Source: a virus
Lineage: Duplodnaviria; Caudoviricetes
IMG/VR virus record: IMGVR_UViG_3300022936_000018
Span: 1-38,619 of that record
Length of the DNA stretch: 38,619 nucleotides
Reading direction: 5' to 3' (one strand)
Below, one piece after another: positions 26,283-32,738 of this stretch. The notes beneath the pieces were generated by a model, which was not told the DNA's origin, did not search any database, and saw nothing but the letters and a program-made list of their open reading frames with translations. A program made the position numbers and the translations under genes. Within the stretch, counting starts at the first letter, position 1, and each line of letters starts with the position of its first letter.

Positions 26283-26539
26283 GCTGCGACCACCATTGAG
26301 GGGATGCCGCACATGAGCCACTGGTAGTCGACATCGAGTGCGACGGCGATCTTGCCCGTCTGCGCGAGCTTCAGCTCAATCGGGTTATCGAGTGCACGGT
26401 CTAGCGTGCTATTCGGGATACCGGCAGCGCGTGACAGCCATGAGACTGACAGACCGCGAATATCGAGCGTCTGGGTGATTCGGGTTGCTATTGCGGAGTT
26501 GAAGGCTAGTACGCCATCCACGCTGTCTGGTGTTCCCAT
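26279..26539 (-). CDS. cro: Cro-like XRE HTH protein
   Basis: LSVSWLSRAAGIPNSTLDRAL...KIAVALDV; divergent from the repressor. Confidence 0.75.
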   Translation of the reverse strand: MGTPDSVDGVLAFNSAIATRITQTLDIRGLSVSWLSRAAGIPNSTLDRALDNPIELKLAQTGKIAVALDVDYQWLMCGIPSMVVAA

Positions 26540-26545
26540 GCAGCC

Positions 26546-26574
26546 ACTCTAGCTTCCCATCTGGGAAACTACAA
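26546..26574 (-). promoter_or_regulatory. Early lytic promoter with operator (leaderless)
   Basis: TTGTAG-N17-TAGAGT, 6 nt before the cro ATG; palindrome TTCCCA-TC-TGGGAA (26554-26567) fills the spacer. Confidence 0.75.
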
Positions 26575-26618
26575 GCATGTTTGTGCAGAAAGTTTTTCGC
26601 GAAGTTCACCGAACGGGC

Positions 26619-26647
26619 TTTTAAGTTTCCCAACGGCGGGGTACAGT
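26619..26647 (+). promoter_or_regulatory. Repressor promoter with degenerate operator half-site (leaderless)
   Basis: TTTTAA-N17-TACAGT, 7 nt before GTG 26655; the spacer contains TTCCCA. Confidence 0.55.
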
Positions 26648-26654
26648 GTCCCCC

Positions 26655-26909
26655 GTGGAAAACTCAGACGAAATTCTCGCCGACGCCTACACCGCCTCTG
26701 TGCTCACGCAACTGGAGATCGAGATGACAGCGGCCAGGACGAACGTAAAACAGATCGCCGGCCAGCTCGGAGGCGACTACAACACCCTGCGCCGTTACGT
26801 GCGGGGAGAGCGGGACATGCCTCTTCCCGTGCTGTTGAAGGTTCTGATCCTCCTCAAGGTCGACAGCTCGACGTTCTTCCTTAGGGCTGCGGAGCGGATG
26901 CCGAAGTAG
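26655..26909 (+). CDS. Immunity repressor (short XRE HTH)
   Basis: NVKQIAGQLGGDYNTLRRYVRGERDMPL; the only plus-strand gene of the switch. Confidence 0.8.
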   Translation: MENSDEILADAYTASVLTQLEIEMTAARTNVKQIAGQLGGDYNTLRRYVRGERDMPLPVLLKVLILLKVDSSTFFLRAAERMPK

Positions 26910-27101
26910 CTCTAAGGAGCCACAGTGCCGCCTCGCGGACTGTGGGGCACCTGTCCAAACCGAGCGCTTCACGGGCCTGTTCGCACAACTCGAATTCACA
27001 TTCTGCACTGCTCATCTTTGGGGCTCCGTGCTCTAATTCCTCACCCGGGGTCTGGGGGTGTGCACGAAAGGGTATACCCCCGGCAGGGGGCGCGTATAGG
27101 G

Positions 27102-28265
27102 CTAAAGTCCTACTTCGTGTTCGTTCTTCGAACGCTCGATCCCCAGAAGCTCGGAGACCCGCTCCATGCCGTCCACCATCCGCTGCCGTGGTTGGCGTGT
27201 CCGGTACGCCTGGGTCTGCTGTCTTGAGGAGTGGCCGACTATCGCCATGATCACGTCGTCGGCGACGTTCGCGGCGGTCATCACGTCGACGGCGGTGTGG
27301 CGGGTGTCGTGCAATCTGATGTGCCGGTGGATGCCGATGGCCTTGAGGACTTTCGGCCATGCCTTCGTCGCCCAGTCGGGGTCGATCGGTCGCCCCTCTG
27401 CGGTTGTGAAAACGAGGTTGTGGGGGTTTGTGCCGGACTCGGCGCGCCAACGGCTCAGAACGCCGCTCAGGGGCCATACGAGGGGCACAATGCGCCACCC
27501 GGCATCGGACTTGGGCCGTGTGAGGTACAGGGTGTCGGTGAGCTGCCGGTACTCGTAGTCGGGTTCGGGGTTGAACGACCCTACTGTGTACCGCTGCAGT
27601 TGCCACGACAAGTCGAGTACGTCTGTCACCCGGTCCCATTCGAGGCCAAGGATCTCACCACGTCGTGCGCCGGTGAGCAGGAATGTCAGCCATAGGTACT
27701 GCTCGGGTGAGTTCTCGAACAGCTTGACGACACGGGATGCCTCTTCGATACTCAGCACCTCGAGTTTCGGTGTGCCCTTCTTCGGGGGGCGGGTCAACTT
27801 CGCCGGGTTCCGGGGTATCCGCCCCTCGCGTTCCGCGTCGGCCAGGGATGACGACATGATCGCATGGACGGTGTGCGCGGTCGACGGTGAGAGATTCTCG
27901 CCCACCCGGTCGGTGACCCTGCGGATGTGCGCCGGCGTGAGCTTGTCCATGCGGACGGTGCCGATCGTGGGGATGACATGGTTTCTGATCAGCGACTCGT
28001 AGTTGATGGCTGTCTTGGGGCGCTTCTTCGCGACCTCAGCGAGCCAGTAGGCGAACCATTGGGCGACGGTCTGGGAGTCGGTGTGAATGTCGCCGCGTTC
28101 GGCGAGCTCGCGTTTGAGGGTGGACAGTTTTTTGACGACGGTGGCCTTGGTCTTCGAGCGGATCACTTTGCGGCGACGTTTGCCGTCACGCACGGGAAGT
28201 TCCACGGAGGCCGTCCATAGGCCGCGCGCGTCTTTGTAGATGGAGCCCTCGTTCTTGCCGCGCAT
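27102..28265 (-). CDS. int: Tyrosine integrase
   Basis: EGSIYK arm-binding N-terminus; TGARRGEILGL, PKS, HDTRH, VGHS, catalytic Y in TQAY. Confidence 0.96.
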   Translation of the reverse strand: MRGKNEGSIYKDARGLWTASVELPVRDGKRRRKVIRSKTKATVVKKLSTLKRELAERGDIHTDSQTVAQWFAYWLAEVAKKRPKTAINYESLIRNHVIPTIGTVRMDKLTPAHIRRVTDRVGENLSPSTAHTVHAIMSSSLADAEREGRIPRNPAKLTRPPKKGTPKLEVLSIEEASRVVKLFENSPEQYLWLTFLLTGARRGEILGLEWDRVTDVLDLSWQLQRYTVGSFNPEPDYEYRQLTDTLYLTRPKSDAGWRIVPLVWPLSGVLSRWRAESGTNPHNLVFTTAEGRPIDPDWATKAWPKVLKAIGIHRHIRLHDTRHTAVDVMTAANVADDVIMAIVGHSSRQQTQAYRTRQPRQRMVDGMERVSELLGIERSKNEHEVGL

Positions 28266-28289
28266 GTCAGTACCTCCTGTTAGCGGGCA

Positions 28290-29329
28290 TCACGAACGCT
28301 TATCGAGAATGACGGTCGTGAAATGGAGAGTGCCGTCTGGTAGACGTTCGGCCATGGCGATTGTCTCGAAGTCTTCGGTCACGTCTGTTCCGAAGGTGAC
28401 GCTCTCGTTGGTCATGGTCTTTGGTTCCTTTAGGTAAGAGCAGCGAGTGCTTCGCGGTAGGTCGTCAAGCGCTCTTGGGCGACAGCCGCGGTCTCGGCGG
28501 AATCTCCCGCAGCGTCTAGCACTTCCTCTGATGCCTCGATCGCTTTCCTCAGCGCTGCTTCTAGTCGTGTGTCGGTCATGTTGTCCTTCTAACGGGAGAG
28601 ATGAAAGCCCAAGGGCAGTCTGGGTATGTTTCGGCGTAGTAGTGGTCAAAGTCGCAGAACGGGCACGTCTCGTTGTTAGCGTGCGAGCAAGTCGAGGTGG
28701 TCATCCACCGCATCACTGCCACGTTGCAACGCCCTTCTTGGCTTCGTGCTGCTTAGCTGCTTCTTCTGATTCATCAGGCCAGGAGTAGGCGCGCCAAGAC
28801 ATCCACCCGCAGGTGCATTGAGCGCGGCTCCCGAAGGGGTAGGCAGATACGATGTAAGTAAAATGGAACTTGGGTATCCTCACCATGTTGTCTTTCTTTC
28901 TTCCCGTCTAGGGGCTAAAGAACCGGGGCAGGAACAAAAGGCTCCCAGTCGTCAACACGGTCAAATATTGATAGGTTGCCCACAAACTTGACCCACCCGT
29001 CCCAATCGCGCGGACAGGAACCCTCGGCTACAACTCCGGAAACTTCTCCCTGCGAACCCACGAGTCGAACTGCGTCGCCAACGTTCACTTCCTCCCATCG
29101 AGATTGAACCCACTTGATCTTTGCCTTCGTTGCCATTTGTCGTGTTCCTTATCGTCTAGTAGTCGAAGGGGTCATCAGAGTCAGAGCGGTGAAAGTGGCA
29201 GCGACCGGACTCATCCCGCGTCTTGTTGCGGCATTGGTGATGATCCACTACGCCGCGACCGTATCGCTCACGCTCGTTGATGACCGTGAATGAACATTGC
29301 TTGACCTCGGGCTGCTCTTGGTCGGTCAT
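28290..29329 (-). other. Six small ORFs between attP and int: 28290-28415, 28430-28579, ~28576-28713, 28713-28886, 28915-29136, 29156-29329
   Basis: Most have AAGGA/GAAAG RBS-like sites; e.g. MTDTRLEAALRK..., MVRIPKFHF...CTCGW, MATKAKIKW..., MTDQEQPEVKQC. Confidence 0.6.
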
Positions 29330-29348
29330 GCTGTCCTGCTTTCGTCTA

Positions 29349-29567
29349 GGTGTAGCCATTGGTGTAGCCATTGCTAGGAGTTGATAGTAACTCCTAGGCC
29401 GTCAAATAGGCCAGTAAATTAGCCGATCTGCCTGTTTTCCCTGCCATTCAGCCTATCGTCTTTTGACTCGTAATGAGAAGGTCAAGAGTTCGATTCTCTT
29501 AGGCGGCTCAGCAAACACAAGGAAGTTGACCACCAGATAACCGCAAGTGTAGCCAAAGGTGTAGCCC
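29349..29567 (+). other. attP: attP: core = 3' half of tRNA-Thr(CGT) (~29466-29509) flanked by four GTGTAGCC arm-type repeats
   Basis: CT-CGT-AA-TGAG-AAGGTC-AAGAG-TTCGATT-CTCTT-AGGCGGC-T with no 5' tRNA half; repeats at 29349-60, 29361-72, 29547-55, 29558-67. Confidence 0.88.
29374..29397. promoter_or_regulatory. Perfect 9-bp inverted repeat in the attP arm
   Basis: CTAGGAGTT-GATAGT-AACTCCTAG. Confidence 0.5.
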
Positions 29568-29879
29568 ATGACCAGAACCCGCATCCCCCTCGCTCTCGCC
29601 GCCCTCACCCTCCTCGCCCTCACCGGGTGCATACGGCTCGACCCCACAGACCCCATGCCCGACACCCGTACCGAGGTTCCCTGGGGGGATTACGACGAGA
29701 CGGTGAAGGAACGGATCGACGGCCTCGAGGATGCGAAGGACTGCGCCGGCCTGCAGGGGGAGTTCGACATCGCCGACGCGAACAGCACAGCGACCCTGAA
29801 CCGGACAGGGCATGGGAACGCGGACCTCATGGGGTATATCGATGAGGCGCTGGAGTTGGCCGGCTGCTACACGAGTTAA
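29568..29879 (+). CDS. Lipoprotein (candidate lysogen-expressed/superinfection exclusion)
   Basis: MTRTRIPLALAALTLLALTG-C lipobox; opposite strand to its neighbours; adjacent to attP. Confidence 0.75.
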   Translation: MTRTRIPLALAALTLLALTGCIRLDPTDPMPDTRTEVPWGDYDETVKERIDGLEDAKDCAGLQGEFDIADANSTATLNRTGHGNADLMGYIDEALELAGCYTS

Positions 29880-29883
29880 ACGA

Positions 29884-29933
29884 GAGAAGACCCCGGCGCG
29901 ACTCCGTGGGCAGGAGTCGCGCCGGGGCGCTTT
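29884..29933. terminator. Terminator between the convergent lipoprotein and holin genes (probably bidirectional)
   Basis: 15-bp perfect stem CCCCGGCGCGACTCC/GGAGTCGCGCCGGGG (29891-29927) with pyrimidine-rich flanks. Confidence 0.8.
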
Positions 29934-29945
29934 GTGGGTGGTGTT

Positions 29946-30266
29946 CTAGTCGAGCCCGAGGCGTGACCGTGAGGCGTTGCGGTCGGCGAGCTGCTCCGTC
30001 TTCGTGCGGGGGTCGTCCTTCGAGGGGGTTTCGAAGGCGCGGATAGCGTCACGGATGATCGGTGCCTTCTGCTTGTCCGTGATGGTGTTGGGGACGGCGG
30101 CGACGATCGTTCCGGTGCCGAGGACGGCGAGGGCGACATACAGCCACTCGGAGACGGTGATCGCCCCACCACCATCCGACGCGGGGGCGAGGGCGGAGAT
30201 GACGACGACGATACCCGGGGTAAGGAACCCGGCGATGGCCTTGCGGTATTCAGCGAGCTTTTCCAT
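29946..30266 (-). CDS. Holin
   Basis: MEKLAEYRKAIAGFL...ITVSEWLYVALAVLGTG...VPN; two TM helices; last gene of the lysis cassette. Confidence 0.75.
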   Translation of the reverse strand: MEKLAEYRKAIAGFLTPGIVVVISALAPASDGGGAITVSEWLYVALAVLGTGTIVAAVPNTITDKQKAPIIRDAIRAFETPSKDDPRTKTEQLADRNASRSRLGLD

Positions 30267-30280
30267 GATGATGCCTTTCG

Positions 30281-30685
30281 TTAGGGGATGCAGACGGCTT
30301 TCACGCTGCCGAGATATGTTCCGGTGGTCGAGTAGAAACTGATCGAGGTGCCGTTGCACTGGACAGATCCGACCGAAGCGCCAGCTGAACCGGTAGGCCC
30401 GGTGGACCCCGCAGGGCCGGTTGCACCTGCGGGGCCGATGCAGGAGTTGTGGGCCGAGCAGTATTCATCGATCGCTGCCGCGATCTCCTCCTCAGTGGGT
30501 GCCCTGCCGGGGTCGCCGTCCGGTCCCTGGGGTCCACGGTTCTGGGTGGTGAGCTCGGAGACTTCCGCCTCCGCTTGGTGCAGGCGTGTCTCCACGTCTA
30601 TGCGGTCGACTAGCACGAGGGCGACGATCACCAAGAGCACCACGACGATCGCCGCTTTCAACGGCGGGTCGGCCCGGTTCCTCAC
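30281..30685 (-). CDS. Membrane-anchored collagen-like repeat protein
   Basis: N-terminal TM, short coiled coil, G-X-Y repeats, YCSAHNSC motif. Confidence 0.75.
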   Translation of the reverse strand: MRNRADPPLKAAIVVVLLVIVALVLVDRIDVETRLHQAEAEVSELTTQNRGPQGPDGDPGRAPTEEEIAAAIDEYCSAHNSCIGPAGATGPAGSTGPTGSAGASVGSVQCNGTSISFYSTTGTYLGSVKAVCIP

Positions 30686-31038
30686 CACGTCCCGACAACC
30701 TTGCCCACGATCAGAGCGGCGGCAACGGTGGAGAGGAAGCCGAGGACCACGGTAAGCCAGATATTCCGGATGGACTTGGCGTTCTGGTCGAGGTTCGTCA
30801 CCACGCCCCTGAGGTCTTCCTTCAACTCGGTTCGCAGATCGCCTTCCCGTTTCACCGTGTCGGTGGTGAAGTTCTGGTGGGCTTCCTCGATGCGCCGGAT
30901 GCGCTCACTATGGGCGGTCTCCCATGTGTTGAACGTCTCACGGGGAAGGTAGGTGTCCAGTTTCTCTAGGATGCGCTCGTTCTGCTCGGTGAGCGTCTTG
31001 AATTGGAGCGCAACTACTTCCGGGTTGAATTCGGTCAA
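30682..31038 (-). CDS. Coiled-coil protein with C-terminal TM (lysis accessory)
   Basis: TTG start after a GAGGGG RBS; YLPRETF...RIRRIEE; TM IWLTVVLGFLSTVAAALIV. Confidence 0.65.
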   Translation of the reverse strand: MTEFNPEVVALQFKTLTEQNERILEKLDTYLPRETFNTWETAHSERIRRIEEAHQNFTTDTVKREGDLRTELKEDLRGVVTNLDQNAKSIRNIWLTVVLGFLSTVAAALIVGKVVGTW

Positions 31039-31072
31039 CGCCAGTCCCCCTCACGAGACTCGGAGGGGGTGT

Positions 31073-31876
31073 TTAGCTGTGGGAGATGCCGAGGCCGTCG
31101 ACCTTCGCCCCTACGGCATCGATGCGCGGGCCGAGCTCGTTGATGACGAGAGAAGCGGTGGAGGTGAGTGCCTGCCCGAACTCGCCCTCATCAACCACGT
31201 CAGCATCGCCCGGGTTGTAACCGCCACCAGAGCCACCGGGGACTAGCGCTAGGAACGCGGTATGTGCTTCGTTGGCTTCGTAAACTGCGAAGTTGAATTC
31301 GGCATCACCGATACCCGGGGTCTCCCCAAGGAGACCGAACTTGCGCAAGGGCCCGTAGGTTTTCTCGAAGGCTGAGTACTCGTTCTGTGCAACGGTGCGG
31401 TTCGCGTACGGAGGGCGGATGAGAACGACAAGGCCGTCGCTTGGGCGTTGGATGAGTGCGTGCATTGGGTTGCTCGTTTCTGTAGGGGGTGGGGGGGTGG
31501 CTAGCAGTGGTGCTGGGTCAAAAGTTCCCAGAGTGAGTGAGTTTCGGGTCGAGACGCCGATATGGAGGTGCGGGCCCGACACGTTGCCCGTAGCCCCGCT
31601 GAGCGCAATGACCTCCGCCGCCTCAATACGCCCACGAGCCGCGAACGGGACTTTCAGGTGCTGCACATTCCAGTAGTTCCCGTCGTCCCCCAACCAGATA
31701 CCGAAATACCCGTGAGTTGACGAGAAACCCGAACGCACATACTCGCCGCCGACAACAGCCGCAACCGGCGTCCCCGATTTTGCCCGCAGGTCGAGACCCT
31801 TATGACCGCGCCGGCCACCGTACTCACCACCAACAGTGACCTTGATCGCAGGGAGCGGGGCCACGTAGATGTTCAT
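31073..31876 (-). CDS. Endolysin, M23 peptidase
   Basis: HKGLD, GTPVAAV, HL, SGATGNVSGPHLH. Confidence 0.88.
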   Translation of the reverse strand: MNIYVAPLPAIKVTVGGEYGGRRGHKGLDLRAKSGTPVAAVVGGEYVRSGFSSTHGYFGIWLGDDGNYWNVQHLKVPFAARGRIEAAEVIALSGATGNVSGPHLHIGVSTRNSLTLGTFDPAPLLATPPPPTETSNPMHALIQRPSDGLVVLIRPPYANRTVAQNEYSAFEKTYGPLRKFGLLGETPGIGDAEFNFAVYEANEAHTAFLALVPGGSGGGYNPGDADVVDEGEFGQALTSTASLVINELGPRIDAVGAKVDGLGISHS

Positions 31877-32520
31877 CAGGCGGGCTCATACAGGTTGGAC
31901 CCGAAGATCACATCGGATGCGGCCCATGTGAATGGGGCGGTCGATGAGATCCCGGCAGGGGCGGTGGTGGAGTAGCCGGGGGTGGAGAAACGGACGACCG
32001 TTGCGCTGGTGATCAGCGCGGCGATGATGTGAGATGCGAGCGTGGAACTGTCGAACGCGTACACGTTGCCGTCAGCGGCGCGGAATGAGGGGGTGGATGC
32101 GTTCGTGGACGCGGTGACGGGGAGGGTCTTCGTCGGCGTCGACCCCATCGCCATGCCCGAGGTGCCGAGTTGGATGAAATACTCGTCGCGCACCATGCCC
32201 TGCTCATACCGGTACCGGTAGCGGGTGACGGAGCCTGCGCCGAGGGTGATGTTCGTGAGGGTGGGGGTGTAGGTGATCCAGGGGGAGGACCACGGCACGG
32301 TTGCGGTACTCGAGGTGGCCCTGTATGTCACCTGCGTGTCGGTCTGATACCCGTACTCACCGACCGTCATTCCGGTCTGAGCAAGTCTGGCGGTGGAGTT
32401 GGCCCACACGTAGGGGCGGGACGCGAACCGACCGTTGATCAGTCCGATGACGGTGTTGATCGCGGCGACCCACCCGCCGACAGTCGAGCCGACTACTGCC
32501 GGGATTGCGCTGTCGGCCAT
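31876..32520 (-). CDS. Minor tail/fibre protein
   Basis: 214 aa, S/T/G-rich; WITYTPTLTN...RYRY...LPV...APFTWAASD. Confidence 0.7.
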   Translation of the reverse strand: MADSAIPAVVGSTVGGWVAAINTVIGLINGRFASRPYVWANSTARLAQTGMTVGEYGYQTDTQVTYRATSSTATVPWSSPWITYTPTLTNITLGAGSVTRYRYRYEQGMVRDEYFIQLGTSGMAMGSTPTKTLPVTASTNASTPSFRAADGNVYAFDSSTLASHIIAALITSATVVRFSTPGYSTTAPAGISSTAPFTWAASDVIFGSNLYEPA

Positions 32521-32681
32521 TAGGTGATCCTCCGGGTGTTGATGAACGACTCGAGCTGCACGATTGCGTCTCTCATGTCGTTGAGGGCGACGACGAGTTG
32601 GCGGTCGAACTCCGCAGAGTGGCCGTCCTTGTCAGTTGGCGGGACTCCGGGGAGCCGTATGGTGTCGCCGATGCCTGCCAT
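32520..32681 (-). CDS. Small tail-associated protein (53 aa, not in ORF track)
   Basis: GGAGG RBS; MAGIGDTIRLPGVPPTDKDGHSAEFDRQLVVALNDMRDAIVQLESFINTRRIT*. Confidence 0.65.
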   Translation of the reverse strand: MAGIGDTIRLPGVPPTDKDGHSAEFDRQLVVALNDMRDAIVQLESFINTRRIT

Positions 32682-32691
32682 AGGGCCTCCA

Positions 32692-32719
32692 ATAGAAAAG
32701 GCACCCCGAAGGGTGCCTT
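32692..32719 (-). terminator. Intrinsic terminator inside the tail operon
   Basis: AAGGCACCC-TTCG-GGGTGCCTT-TTCTATT on the minus strand. Confidence 0.8.
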
Positions 32720-32738
32720 GGTCTTGCGGGAATATGGG

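Noticed and set aside
29466-29509. Possible functional tRNA-Thr gene
   Set aside because: Only the anticodon loop to 3' end is present, with no D-arm or 5' acceptor strand; flanking arm repeats identify it as attP
29349-29567. GTGTAGCC repeats as a CRISPR or iteron array
   Set aside because: Only four 8-12 bp units in two pairs around the att core; no spacers or cas genes
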